Positions 18,993 through 29,279 of a DNA stretch of 64,000 nucleotides are shown piece by piece. The notes under the pieces are model-generated. The model had not been told where the DNA came from. It made no database searches and was given only the letters and a program-made list of their open reading frames with translations. The stretch is from Ignavibacteria bacterium (GTDB lineage: Bacteria; Bacteroidota; Ignavibacteria; Kapaibacteriales; UBA961), in assembly GCA_016873735.1 (NCBI GenBank), contig VGWD01000010.1, positions 235 to 64,234 on the forward strand, read 5' to 3'. Both the position numbers and the translations under genes were made by a program. Every line of letters starts with the position of its first letter. Position 1 is the stretch's first letter.

Positions 18993-19890
18993 ATTTAGAG
19001 AAATCACACCCGGTGACATACCTCATCGCGATATGCATCAGTTGCTTCTAAGCGGAGTTGCTCCAAGACCTATTGCGCTTGTAGCTACATTGTCCAAAGA
19101 TGGAATTCCCAATCTGGCTCCTTATAGTTTTTTTAATGCTTATGCCTCGAATCCGCCAATTCTTGCAATCGGACCTGCAATTGCAGCTGCAACAGGAAAG
19201 GTGAAGGATACATATACCAATATTGTTGAAACAGGTGAATGCACCATCAATGCAGTCACATTTGCAATGACTGAACAAATCAGCTTGGCCTCATGCGATT
19301 TTTCCCCGGAAGTGGATGAATTTGTTAAATCCGGATTGAATCCATTGCAGTCTGCTATAGTCAGGCCGGCCAGAGTGCAAGAATCCCCATTCCAAATGGA
19401 ATGTAAACTCGTCGAAAGCATACCTTTGATGCGTGAACGGGGCGGCAATGGAAATATCATGCTTCTGGAAGTTGTTAAACTTCATGTGAATGAAGCCATG
19501 TTTATCAATGATCGTGTAGACCCTCAACGATTGGATTTGGTTGCCAGAATGGGATACGATTATTATTGCAGAGCTCATGAAGATGCGATTTTTGAAGTTT
19601 TTAAGCCAAAATGGAATGGAATTGGTTTTGACGCCCTGCCTATATTTATTCGAGAAAGTCCTCTTCTTACAGGTGCACAATTGGCCAAATTGGCCGGCGT
19701 GAAAGAAATACCTGAAAAAAATGAAGAACTCAAGGCATCTGCCTTGCTTGAATGCTCGCAAATTTCCGAATTAGGAAAAAATCTTCAAATTCAGCCAAAT
19801 AGTACTCAATTGGAGAGCATTGTATCAGTTCTTATAGACGCTGATAGAGTAGATTTGGCATGGCGCTTGTTGGTGGAATTTGGAATGTGA
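18985..19890 (+). CDS. Flavin reductase-like FMN-binding protein
   Basis: VAPRPIALV, NLAPYSFFN, KDTYTNIVETGECTIN, VQESPFQMECK, LVARMG. Confidence 0.88.
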   Translation: MSEFREITPGDIPHRDMHQLLLSGVAPRPIALVATLSKDGIPNLAPYSFFNAYASNPPILAIGPAIAAATGKVKDTYTNIVETGECTINAVTFAMTEQISLASCDFSPEVDEFVKSGLNPLQSAIVRPARVQESPFQMECKLVESIPLMRERGGNGNIMLLEVVKLHVNEAMFINDRVDPQRLDLVARMGYDYYCRAHEDAIFEVFKPKWNGIGFDALPIFIRESPLLTGAQLAKLAGVKEIPEKNEELKASALLECSQISELGKNLQIQPNSTQLESIVSVLIDADRVDLAWRLLVEFGM

Positions 19891-20219
19891 CATTACTGTA
19901 AAAAGAATGTCAGACCTTTGTATCACTTCATTCATGTCATGAATATATTCCAACAATGTGGATATTTTTTTTCTTGTTAGAATATACTGTTTTGCCTATT
20001 TTAGTTCATTGGAGTGTTACCACTCTCCGTAGATATTTTGCGTCAAAATCGCACTAACACCTTAACTTATTGCTAGTTAATGAGTTAATGTCTGTACAGT
20101 GTATTATTCAATGTGGGTTTTTATTGCTTAAGCAATGGAACTACTTGGATAATGCCTTAATAATTAGACAACATATTTTCAATTTTTACTATTTATTACA
20201 CAATTCATCGGGAGTTCTT

Positions 20220-23200
20220 ATGAACCGCATGAAACGACTTTTAAGACTTATTGGATACACCATTGTATCTCTATTGGTCTTGGCGGACACAGGTTCCAAT
20301 GTAAAAGCACAACAATATTGTATACCACTGACATCTAATGGTTGCGCAGCTTTTGGTGACTTTATCGCCGGTTTTGCTTTTGCCAACCTTTCCAACTTGA
20401 ACAGTGGTTGTACAAGTTTGAATGGGAATTCATATTCCTATTTCAATACCTTGGCTCCTGCTCAGGTAATGGCAGGTCAGACATATAGCTTTACCCATGT
20501 AAACAATCCAAGCTATGCTCACAATGTTGCCATCTGGATTGATTACAATCAAAATGGCACATTTGAAGCCACCGAGCGTGTATGGGGTACCACTGCTGCA
20601 GTTCCTGCAAGTTTTACAACCAATGGTACAATAACCATCCCAACTACTGCTTTGCCCGGTGTTACTAGGTTGAGAATCCGTTCCCAAGACGGTGCGGTGA
20701 TCAATGATCCTTGTGCTTCTTTTGCTTGGACAGAAGCTGAAGATTACAATGTTTCCATTCTTAGTGGTTCAGTGACAAATGCATGGCCGGGTGGAACCAA
20801 TTTCCCGGGCATTACTGCAAATCCTATTGTACTTGAAGTTGGTCAAACATTTGATGGTTCAGGCCCTGCTTTTCCAAAGCCTTCAGTAGAAATTGAACGT
20901 TTGAATGTTCCGAACTTCTCACAGCGATTCACATATGAAATTCAAGCTTTGAATGTTGCCGGACTTAATGAGGGTACAGTCATGTATGAAATGCGTGATC
21001 CATCGAACCCTTCTTCTAAATTTATTCCTGTTACTCCTGGAACTACCAAATTAGTATACGCGGCGCAAGCAGCTGCAGGTCTTATGGCATCGGGTCCAAC
21101 CGGTACATTTACGACAGTAGGTGCGGTTGGTGGAACATATAAGGTAGTGATCAAGCATGAATTATTGAATTCAGGTAATGTTATTTCTACTCAGAACCTT
21201 GAATATGCATTCAACATTGCGGTTAACCGTGATATCGCAGTGACGAGCATAGAATCACCATTGCCCGCTAAAAGACAGGCATATATTGGTTCTGTTCCTG
21301 TTCGTGCAAGATTCACGAATGTTGGTCTGAAGGCTATAATACGCTACAGAGCCTTTTATGAGATACGTAATGCTGTAACGCAAGCAATCATTAAACAGGA
21401 CAGTGTTGAACGTAGCACAGACCAAGGTGGTGGTTTGCCTGCTGGTGGTCTTCTTACAGCTCTATATGATGAAGTATTGTTCCCAACAACATTTGCTCCT
21501 GCAACACCGGATTCTTTCTGTATTGTAGTCAAATCTCGTTTGTTGGAAACAGATGATTCTCAATTCGCTGTAGATCAGCAACCAGGTAATGACAGACTTC
21601 CTGCTTTAGACTGTGGTTACAAATTCCGTATGTGGTATTTGAACGATTTCGAAGCACGCTCACTTATCAGCCCTTCAAGTGGAACTGTCTATTACACAGG
21701 CCGTCCGATCAAGCCGATTGCAGTTATTGCGAATAATGGTTTGAATGTTGATGAGATTCCTGTTCAAATGACAGCAAAACTTAATGGCAATATTATTGCA
21801 CAGTCAATAACAAATGTTGAAATACCAAGTGGTTCTTACAATATTTTCCCTGCATACTTTGAAGAATTTACACCTGCAACCACAGGTACTCTCGAAATAT
21901 GTATCGAAACTCTTGCATCCGGTGATCAATATGCCCCGAATAATAAGAGCTGCTATACATTTACAATCAATGAGAGATTGAATGGTACATATACCATCGG
22001 TACAGTTCCAAAGGCGGGTATACAAAACTTTACAACAATCAAAGCTGCTGTAGATGCATTGTATGCAAGAGGCGTATCTGGTCCGGTAACATTCTTGTTC
22101 ACGGACGCTTTCTATTCTGTTAACAGCATTACACCAGGTACTGCCGGGAACCCATTCGAGCCTGCGCTTGATTTAACAACAAACATGATCGGTGTTGGTC
22201 CAACAGCGCCTGTTACATTTACTCCTGACCCAACTTCCGTTGGTCTATTGCGCGCAGGTGTAACAATTCAATTGAACAGCCCCAATGGTGTTGGTATCCA
22301 ATTCGGACAATCTTCCAATCCTTGGAATCAAAATGCTGTTTACCGCGAATTCCCAACCAAATCAAATGCAAATTATCCCGGTTATATCACATTCGATGGT
22401 GGTGCTCAAAAATCACTTCGTTTGAGATTGAAAACACCTGCGAACAGAAAAGCAGTTGCATATTTTGGTAGCAGAACTTACAATACGACAATCAAAAATT
22501 GCTTGATTGAAATGGATCCTTCAGCTCCTGAGACAGAATTTTGGTCAACAATTCCAAGAGTTGCAATTGATCAATCAAATATGTTGTTCGCCCGTGACTC
22601 AAATGCAACAGTATTCCCTGCACAATTCTTTAGTGCCGGTATTGTTCAACGCAATCTTCCTCCTGCAGATCAATTCGGTTCAAACCGCTTAGGATTGGAT
22701 ACAGTATTGGTCGAAAACAATATCACTTATCGTGGTAATAAAGGAAATAAGATTCAAAACAATGAAATCACAGGATTTGGTATCGGCGTTATGTCTCTCG
22801 GTATTGGTGTACTGAAAGAGCGTAACAAGCTTGTACGCTATTACAATACAGGTACAGAGATTTCCGGAAATACAATTTCCAAAGTTGGTCGTACAGGTAT
22901 CTTTATTGGATATGAAGATGGTGCAAAAATATCTCGCAATAAGATTTACAATGTTGCGGGTACATTCTTTGCTTTAAATTCCGCTACAGCAACGGTGCCA
23001 TCCATTTACATATTCAATGAAACATCCGGTATTGAAGCAGGTTTATGGACAGATACAGTATCCACAGCACTTGGCTACAACAATATCAATACAGAAATCA
23101 GCTTTAATGAAATAAACGATGTACGTGGATATTACCATTCAAGAGGTATTCTTGTCAATCAAAGTCAAAACAACTTCTCTCAAACAGGAATCCTCGAGAA

Positions 23201-26033
23201 TGTTCTTCAACCGAATGTTCCTGAGCGTACAAAGATTTTCGGAAATGTGATCTTTGATTTGCGTAGAGGTGTTGTGACTGCAGCCGGTTCTATCTTCAGA
23301 AACTCTGTAATGCACAGAACAGGTATTCAGTTGACAACAGACAGAAATGGTGGATGGAATGATAACTTTGATGCTACAAATCTGAACTCATTGTTGAATC
23401 CACGTTTCTCATTCAACTCTACAAAAGATGCTCGAAGATACTTCACACGTGAAGACTTCATTGCTAATAATACTGTATTGATTCAAGATGACTCATTAAG
23501 TACACTTGCCTCATTTGTTCGTGGTGCTGCAATTGGTATTTCAGTTATGAATGCAAGCGGTGCAAAGTTGATGAACAATGCGGTTGCAGTAACAGCTCCA
23601 TTGCATACAGCATCTATTAATGTAGGTTATCCTAATACAGCATTCTTCCATATTGGATTGCTTCCTTCATATTCAGGTGGTCTAACTTCTAACTTCAATG
23701 CGGTATGGCCTGCAGCATCAACAGCTCCAAATGTATGGGCACAACAAGGTTCATTCATGAGATTTGTTGAAGTCGATACTTTGAGCCAAATTCTTCTTGC
23801 TAGCTGCCAGAATGAATATCAAACAAGAGATCAATGGTATAATTGGACAGGTCAAGACAATCAATCATTTGTTGGTAACTTCTTCAATTCAACCACAGAT
23901 CAAATGTTGAGAATTGGTCTTGAGCCTGTTGTTAATTTGCGCCAAGCATCAAGAATTGGTTCAATGTTGAATAATGCAGGTACTAATCTTTCAGAAGTAT
24001 CAAAAGATATTGATGGTGATGTAAGAGGTTCAGCAAACAATCGTTATGATATTGGTGCTGATGAATTTAATGCAATTCCATATCTCAATGATGTTGAAGT
24101 AATGGCCGTCGTTGCTCCGAGAGCATATAGAAGCGGTAAATGTTCATATCCAGGTGAAATTTTCTCAGATGTTGAATATATCACAGCTGATACAAATTCA
24201 ATTCCTGTAATGGTGAGAGTGCGCAATAACAGCACACTTAGCCAAACAATCAACTTGTCCGGTTCAATTGCAATGGAAGATGCTGCTACAAGTGGTAATG
24301 CAATTCCAACATATGGCATACCTTCAACCATCAATACAACATCAGTAACCATCTCCGGTGGTGAAACACGTGATGTATTGTTGGGAAGAGTAAGTCTTCA
24401 AACATTGCGTCAGCTTGGAACAGGTTATACAACTCCAACATGGATGAGACAAGCAGTTGATGCAACAATGCGTCCAAATGTAACCCCACGTTATCTCATC
24501 AAAGCTTACGTGGCTACATTTAATAGTGATGAAAACAGATTCAATGATACAACACAAGCTGAATCAAGATTCTATATTCGTCAAGCTTCAACAACACGTT
24601 TCATCGTTTCAACTGTTAACAGTGGATATCCTCACACTACAAACGCGCCAACAACTCCAGGTTACTTGAATGCAACTGTTGGTCGTTTGAACTCCGACAG
24701 TTTGAGAGTAGCATTGGATACACTTGGATTCTTCAGTGATCCATTGAATAATCCAAATAATCGCCCATTCCGTTATGATATCTTTGATAGATCCGGTTGG
24801 GAAGCAAAGACATTTGACTATACACCATATAAGATGGTATTGTGGTCACATAATCAAGCTCCAATGCTCAGAACAGAACGTGATCAAATCCGTAAGTATC
24901 TTGCTTCTGGTACAAATCCACTCAAGAAGAACTTCATGGTGTCTTCACAATCAATTGTCACAAATCATATTGGTTTGAATGCAACTAATGATCAATTCTT
25001 CGTACGTCAACAGCTCAGAGCTGAAGTTTCCAGAAACAATGCTTTGGCAGTTCAAGCTACACCATTTGCAAGTGGCTACACTCCATCTGTTGTAACAAAT
25101 GGCCAATCATTCATCGATGGTGTATTCGTACAACGTGGCTTGCCTGAAATCATCAGAGCAACCGGCTTTACAAATGGTACATTTGCAGATCCTAATCCAT
25201 TGCCATCAATGATGAAGGTCTACACAGATGCTAGCTCAAAAGGATTTGCGCGTCAAGCATTCCGTTATAGAAGCATCGAAGCTACAGTAGCAGTAAAAGA
25301 TAGTACCATGGGTATTTCAACAACATCACCAACATCAAATGTGTTGTTCTATGGTGTTGATTGGAGACATTATGGTAGCACAGGTCCACGCACCGGTCTT
25401 CAAAGAGTTCTTCGTGGTTCATTTGACCATGTTCAATTCAATGATGGTCGCGTAACACCGGTAGAATTGGTAACATTTGATGCACGTCGCACAGGTTCAG
25501 CAGTTACTCTTGATTGGGCAACAGCATCAGAACAAAACAGCGGCTGGTATGAAGTTGAAAGAGCTGTAAATACCGGTAATGAACTTGCTTTCGAAAGAAT
25601 CGAAACAATTCCAGCAGCCGGAAATAGCACAACTCGTCGTGAGTATAATACTGTTGACAATAATGTTCGTAATGGTTCAACATATATATATCGTCTACGC
25701 ATGGTAGATCGTGATGGTACATTTGACTATAGTGATGAAGTTGCAGTTGTAATTGGTGACAATGGCAATAATGCAGTTTCAATCAGTGAAGCAAGACCAA
25801 ACCCTGTTTCAGGTGTTGCAAGCTTCGACTATACAATCAATACTACCGGAAATGTACGTGTTGAACTTACAGACATGATTGGACGCACAGTTTCAACGAT
25901 CTTCGAAGGCAATGTATCAGCAGGTACACATGCATTGGAAGTATCAGCTGAAGCACTTCCGGCAGGTATGTATCAAATCGTTATCAAGTCAGGTGAGACT
26001 GTGGCAACACGCTCTTTGCAAGTTGTCAAGTAA
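20220..26033 (+). CDS. Large T9SS-secreted protein (~1,937 aa): GEVED domain, Ig/CARDB-like repeats, right-handed beta-helix, alpha/beta domain, CTD
   Basis: GGAG RBS at 20211; signal peptide ending VKA-QQYC; AIWIDYNQNGTF...TRLRIR...EAEDY (GEVED); GTYTIG...FTTIKAAVDAL; DIDGDVR...DIGADEF; PVELVTF...YRLRMVDRDGTFDYS; RPNPVS CTD. Confidence 0.9.
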   Translation: MNRMKRLLRLIGYTIVSLLVLADTGSNVKAQQYCIPLTSNGCAAFGDFIAGFAFANLSNLNSGCTSLNGNSYSYFNTLAPAQVMAGQTYSFTHVNNPSYAHNVAIWIDYNQNGTFEATERVWGTTAAVPASFTTNGTITIPTTALPGVTRLRIRSQDGAVINDPCASFAWTEAEDYNVSILSGSVTNAWPGGTNFPGITANPIVLEVGQTFDGSGPAFPKPSVEIERLNVPNFSQRFTYEIQALNVAGLNEGTVMYEMRDPSNPSSKFIPVTPGTTKLVYAAQAAAGLMASGPTGTFTTVGAVGGTYKVVIKHELLNSGNVISTQNLEYAFNIAVNRDIAVTSIESPLPAKRQAYIGSVPVRARFTNVGLKAIIRYRAFYEIRNAVTQAIIKQDSVERSTDQGGGLPAGGLLTALYDEVLFPTTFAPATPDSFCIVVKSRLLETDDSQFAVDQQPGNDRLPALDCGYKFRMWYLNDFEARSLISPSSGTVYYTGRPIKPIAVIANNGLNVDEIPVQMTAKLNGNIIAQSITNVEIPSGSYNIFPAYFEEFTPATTGTLEICIETLASGDQYAPNNKSCYTFTINERLNGTYTIGTVPKAGIQNFTTIKAAVDALYARGVSGPVTFLFTDAFYSVNSITPGTAGNPFEPALDLTTNMIGVGPTAPVTFTPDPTSVGLLRAGVTIQLNSPNGVGIQFGQSSNPWNQNAVYREFPTKSNANYPGYITFDGGAQKSLRLRLKTPANRKAVAYFGSRTYNTTIKNCLIEMDPSAPETEFWSTIPRVAIDQSNMLFARDSNATVFPAQFFSAGIVQRNLPPADQFGSNRLGLDTVLVENNITYRGNKGNKIQNNEITGFGIGVMSLGIGVLKERNKLVRYYNTGTEISGNTISKVGRTGIFIGYEDGAKISRNKIYNVAGTFFALNSATATVPSIYIFNETSGIEAGLWTDTVSTALGYNNINTEISFNEINDVRGYYHSRGILVNQSQNNFSQTGILENVLQPNVPERTKIFGNVIFDLRRGVVTAAGSIFRNSVMHRTGIQLTTDRNGGWNDNFDATNLNSLLNPRFSFNSTKDARRYFTREDFIANNTVLIQDDSLSTLASFVRGAAIGISVMNASGAKLMNNAVAVTAPLHTASINVGYPNTAFFHIGLLPSYSGGLTSNFNAVWPAASTAPNVWAQQGSFMRFVEVDTLSQILLASCQNEYQTRDQWYNWTGQDNQSFVGNFFNSTTDQMLRIGLEPVVNLRQASRIGSMLNNAGTNLSEVSKDIDGDVRGSANNRYDIGADEFNAIPYLNDVEVMAVVAPRAYRSGKCSYPGEIFSDVEYITADTNSIPVMVRVRNNSTLSQTINLSGSIAMEDAATSGNAIPTYGIPSTINTTSVTISGGETRDVLLGRVSLQTLRQLGTGYTTPTWMRQAVDATMRPNVTPRYLIKAYVATFNSDENRFNDTTQAESRFYIRQASTTRFIVSTVNSGYPHTTNAPTTPGYLNATVGRLNSDSLRVALDTLGFFSDPLNNPNNRPFRYDIFDRSGWEAKTFDYTPYKMVLWSHNQAPMLRTERDQIRKYLASGTNPLKKNFMVSSQSIVTNHIGLNATNDQFFVRQQLRAEVSRNNALAVQATPFASGYTPSVVTNGQSFIDGVFVQRGLPEIIRATGFTNGTFADPNPLPSMMKVYTDASSKGFARQAFRYRSIEATVAVKDSTMGISTTSPTSNVLFYGVDWRHYGSTGPRTGLQRVLRGSFDHVQFNDGRVTPVELVTFDARRTGSAVTLDWATASEQNSGWYEVERAVNTGNELAFERIETIPAAGNSTTRREYNTVDNNVRNGSTYIYRLRMVDRDGTFDYSDEVAVVIGDNGNNAVSISEARPNPVSGVASFDYTINTTGNVRVELTDMIGRTVSTIFEGNVSAGTHALEVSAEALPAGMYQIVIKSGETVATRSLQVVK

Positions 26034-26053
26034 TCATCAATCATAGATGACAT

Positions 26054-26089
26054 AAGCCCCTCAGAGATATTCTCTGAGGGGCTTTTTTT
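26054..26089 (+). terminator. Rho-independent terminator
   Basis: AAGCCCCTCAGAGA / TCTCTGAGGGGCTT 14-bp stem plus T run. Confidence 0.92.
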
Positions 26090-26112
26090 AGGAATGTGTT
26101 AAAGGAACAACC

Positions 26113-26778
26113 ATGGAATTATATATTGATTCAGCCAATCTGTCTGAAATACAAAGCATGGCATCCACGGGGATAATCAGTGGCGTAACTACCAATCCAA
26201 CACTGTTGGCAAAAGAAGATCCTACACTTGACGTAAAAGAGCTAATAAAGCACATATATGCAACTATTGGTGGCCATGTATCTGTTGAAGTGGTTTCAAC
26301 TGATACGAAAGGAATGTTAAAGGAAGCCGATGAGATACTTACATGGTTTCCCGAAGCTACTATTAAAATCCCAATGATTCCAAATGGCTTGTCTGCTGTA
26401 AAGGAATTGTCAAAGCAACAAATACCTACAAATGTCACATTGATTTTCAGTCCGGGTCAAGCGCTTGCAGCGAATAATGCCGGCGCTACATATGTGAGTG
26501 TCTTTCTTGGGAGACTTGATGATATTGGACAAGATGGAGTAGCTGTTGTAAAAGAAACATGTGAGATTTGGGATAGACATGGATTGGAATCTATGATCAT
26601 CGCTGCTTCAATAAGGCATCCTATTCACGTGTTGGAGTGCGCGAAAGCAGGTGCAGACATTGCCACCACGCCTTATAAGATTCTTCAACAATTGATGAAG
26701 CATCCCTTGACAGATGCAGGAGTTGCATCATTTATTGCAGATCATGAAAAAATGATGAGTGCTAAAGGAGGAAGATAA
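26113..26778 (+). CDS. fsa: Transaldolase / fructose-6-phosphate aldolase family protein
   Basis: GVTTNPTL, IKIP (Schiff-base Lys), NVTLIFS, YVSVFLGRLDD, AASIR. Confidence 0.93.
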   Translation: MELYIDSANLSEIQSMASTGIISGVTTNPTLLAKEDPTLDVKELIKHIYATIGGHVSVEVVSTDTKGMLKEADEILTWFPEATIKIPMIPNGLSAVKELSKQQIPTNVTLIFSPGQALAANNAGATYVSVFLGRLDDIGQDGVAVVKETCEIWDRHGLESMIIAASIRHPIHVLECAKAGADIATTPYKILQQLMKHPLTDAGVASFIADHEKMMSAKGGR

Positions 26779-26782
26779 CCAG

Positions 26783-27283
26783 ATGTCGTCAACTTTGAGA
26801 TTCATGTATTTAATAGCAGTGATTGGAATTTGCTCCATGTCACTGTTTGCAGGCGGTTTAGGTCAGAAAATTCCATCATTCATAATGGAAGATCAGTATG
26901 CCAAAGAAATTCAGTCAAGTTCTTTCAAAGGGAAGCATGTATTATTGTTCTTGGCAGATCGTTCAGGTAGTAAATTGACTCCAAACTGGACTAAAGTACT
27001 TGAACCAAAATATCGCAATAAAGCAGTGTTTGTTGCAGTTGCAAATGTAAGCTCTGTCCCATTTTTTCTGAAAAGCTTCATCCGAGGAAAATTCAAAGAG
27101 AATTATTCCTATACTGTACTCATGGATTGGGATGGTCTGCTGTGGGAACATTTTTCTTGTAAGAATGATGTCACTACAGTCGTTCACATTGATCCTCAAG
27201 GAATGGCAAAGTATAAAATCTCAGGTATCGGAAATGACAAAGAATTATCACAATTGCAATTACATCTGGATGCACAATTGTAA
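26783..27283 (+). CDS. Exported thioredoxin-like fold protein without CXXC (YtfJ/redoxin-like)
   Basis: Signal peptide; PSFIMEDQY..FKGKHVLLF..VLMDWDG..VVHIDPQG redoxin pattern; AAGGAGG RBS at 26765. Confidence 0.6.
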   Translation: MSSTLRFMYLIAVIGICSMSLFAGGLGQKIPSFIMEDQYAKEIQSSSFKGKHVLLFLADRSGSKLTPNWTKVLEPKYRNKAVFVAVANVSSVPFFLKSFIRGKFKENYSYTVLMDWDGLLWEHFSCKNDVTTVVHIDPQGMAKYKISGIGNDKELSQLQLHLDAQL

Positions 27284-27763
27284 ATGACTTTTATCAAAGA
27301 AGATATATTAAAAGCACTTGAACAAGTCTCCGATCCGGAGATTCCATCCGTTTCAATTGTAGATCTGGGAATAATTACCGGTGTTCAGTGCAATGCCGAC
27401 TCGATTGCCGTTACAATGACTCCAACCTTCGTTGGTTGCCCCGCCATAGACGTCATGAAGCAAGGTGTGGCAGAAGTATTGTCTCAGTTTACTTCTTCTT
27501 ATTCCATAGATGTAAACTACGATATTCCATGGGATTCAAACAGGATCTCAGAGAAGGGAAGACAAGCATTGAAAACATTTGGTTTGGCACCCCCGCCGAA
27601 ATATGACTTGGTATTGGATTTGGAGATTCTGCATAAGGTTTCATGTCCATATTGCAATAGCGCCAATACTGAAATGCAAACCCCGTTTGGCCCTACTTTG
27701 TGTAGATCAATTCATTATTGCCACTCTTGCTTGCAAGCATTTGAACAATTCAAACCTGTATAA
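27284..27763 (+). CDS. paaD: Phenylacetyl-CoA epoxidase subunit PaaD (FeS assembly DUF59 family)
   Basis: VSDPEIP..SIVDLG, PTFVGCPA, CPYCNS..T..FGPTLCRS..YC..C..FEQFK. Confidence 0.92.
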   Translation: MTFIKEDILKALEQVSDPEIPSVSIVDLGIITGVQCNADSIAVTMTPTFVGCPAIDVMKQGVAEVLSQFTSSYSIDVNYDIPWDSNRISEKGRQALKTFGLAPPPKYDLVLDLEILHKVSCPYCNSANTEMQTPFGPTLCRSIHYCHSCLQAFEQFKPV

Positions 27764-27798
27764 AAAAAGGATCTCCAATTTGGAGACCCTTAATTTTT
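27762..27798. terminator. Bidirectional terminator between convergent genes
   Basis: A run, AAGGATCTCCA / TGGAGACCCTT stem, T-rich on the other side. Confidence 0.8.
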
Positions 27799-27816
27799 TA
27801 CAATCAATCGTGAATA

Positions 27817-29208
27817 TCAATTCTTCTTTGCTTGACTGATCACGCCGGATCCAATCGCTTTCAAAACGATGTCTCCAATTTCTTTTGCCAATTCTCCGCG
27901 AATATTCTTTTCATCAGAAAGATAATCACTTACAGCTTGACTTACTTTTTGCTTGATCATTTCGGAATTGCCTTCAACCAAAGCAACTGCAACTTTGTGC
28001 ATATCTTTTGAAACATCTTCCAAAGTGTCGAGTTGATTTCTATTTGCATCTTCCATTTTCTTAAGCATACGATCCATACGCTCTTCTTCTTGAGTATAAA
28101 GAAGAGTGAAAGCCATCAATGCAAGCATTGAACCTTCAAGGAAGATAGCTCCAAGAATCAATGAAGGGCGTGTTGCAGGAATGAATTTCAAACCGCGAAT
28201 ACCGATGATGATAATCAAGATAGCAGCACCGAAATAAGCCAAACCTGTCACCGTATTTGCATAAGCTTCAGTGAAGTGATGTGACATGTACAAACGAAGT
28301 GCTTTAAAGACTGAGAATTGATTCTTTTCCCACTCTTGACCTGAAATGGTGTCGTGAATTTCATGGACAACGAAATCTGAGAAGAATTCGCGCATACGCA
28401 AGAACAACATTTCATTTCTAAAGATGACCACATCTGTGTTTTCATCAAATACAGATGTAAAACGGACGCTTGCAGAACCTTCATTGTTATCAGTTCTATC
28501 CCATACTTTCTTGAATGCAAGTTCAATTTTTCTTCTGTCATTTTCAGCCATTTCCGCAAGGCGAGCATTTGGCAATGAAAGTATTTCAACGATATCATCG
28601 GGGAAACCGGTCTGCAAGCGGACTTTTGATTTTGCATGATGAATCTCGCGACGCACCTTGATTGCCATATATCCCAACTGGGGTGGCAATACAAATGATA
28701 TCAGGATTGACAAAGCAAAACCCAAAATCAATGCTAGGATAGAGAAACCAATAGCAGGTTCAATAACAATGGCGGCTTCACCAAGTTTTGGCGCCTTCAG
28801 AATCCATTCGCCTGATAATTTGGTATATCCGTCTGCTTGCTCTGACCGGCTTGCATCAGTGAGATCAAAAATATATTCATTGTTGATGACACCTTTCAAT
28901 GGTCTTCCTGCACCTTCAACAAATTTGTCGGCTTCTGCACCGGCCTCGGAAATAACGCCATCAAAACTCACCAATGCTTCATGCTTAACATGTTCCTTGT
29001 TAGCATGGGCATTGTATTCACTAAAAGATATTGTATGTGTTACGCCGTCCGGCTTGAACAAAAACAATACCGCGCTTTTCACAGCATTGGGTACTACGAA
29101 TGAATACACAGCGATTGAAATCGAAACAAACATGCCAAGCAATACCAAGTAATGCGTGGATGTTTCTTTGTAATCGTTGTGTCCACCATGCTTTTTGTCT
29201 TCTGACAT
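27817..29208 (-). CDS. Four-TM membrane protein with a C-terminal GldL/PorL-like module
   Basis: Residues 320-370 LAYFGAAILII..IR..KF..LGAIFLEGSMLALMAF resemble the GldL TM pair, followed by a coiled-coil tail; two further TMs near residues 20-40 and 146-175. Confidence 0.6.
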   Translation of the reverse strand: MSEDKKHGGHNDYKETSTHYLVLLGMFVSISIAVYSFVVPNAVKSAVLFLFKPDGVTHTISFSEYNAHANKEHVKHEALVSFDGVISEAGAEADKFVEGAGRPLKGVINNEYIFDLTDASRSEQADGYTKLSGEWILKAPKLGEAAIVIEPAIGFSILALILGFALSILISFVLPPQLGYMAIKVRREIHHAKSKVRLQTGFPDDIVEILSLPNARLAEMAENDRRKIELAFKKVWDRTDNNEGSASVRFTSVFDENTDVVIFRNEMLFLRMREFFSDFVVHEIHDTISGQEWEKNQFSVFKALRLYMSHHFTEAYANTVTGLAYFGAAILIIIIGIRGLKFIPATRPSLILGAIFLEGSMLALMAFTLLYTQEEERMDRMLKKMEDANRNQLDTLEDVSKDMHKVAVALVEGNSEMIKQKVSQAVSDYLSDEKNIRGELAKEIGDIVLKAIGSGVISQAKKN

Positions 29209-29272
29209 AGCAAAGGCTCCTCTTGGAAACGGTTGTGATTATAAACTCTATTATTTTCAAATAAATGGACCG

Positions 29273-29279
29273 CAAATTA
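29273..29279 (-). promoter_or_regulatory. Putative -7 element (TAATTTG) for the GldL-like gene
   Basis: CGTAATTTGC on the minus strand, 65 nt upstream of the start. Confidence 0.45.

Noticed and set aside
20070-20219. Long N-terminal extensions given by the ORF track (20070, 11595, 18144, 18946, 46297, 49714, 53118, 57499)
   Set aside because: They arise from upstream TTG or ATG codons; downstream ATGs have an RBS or promoter support and match family N-termini
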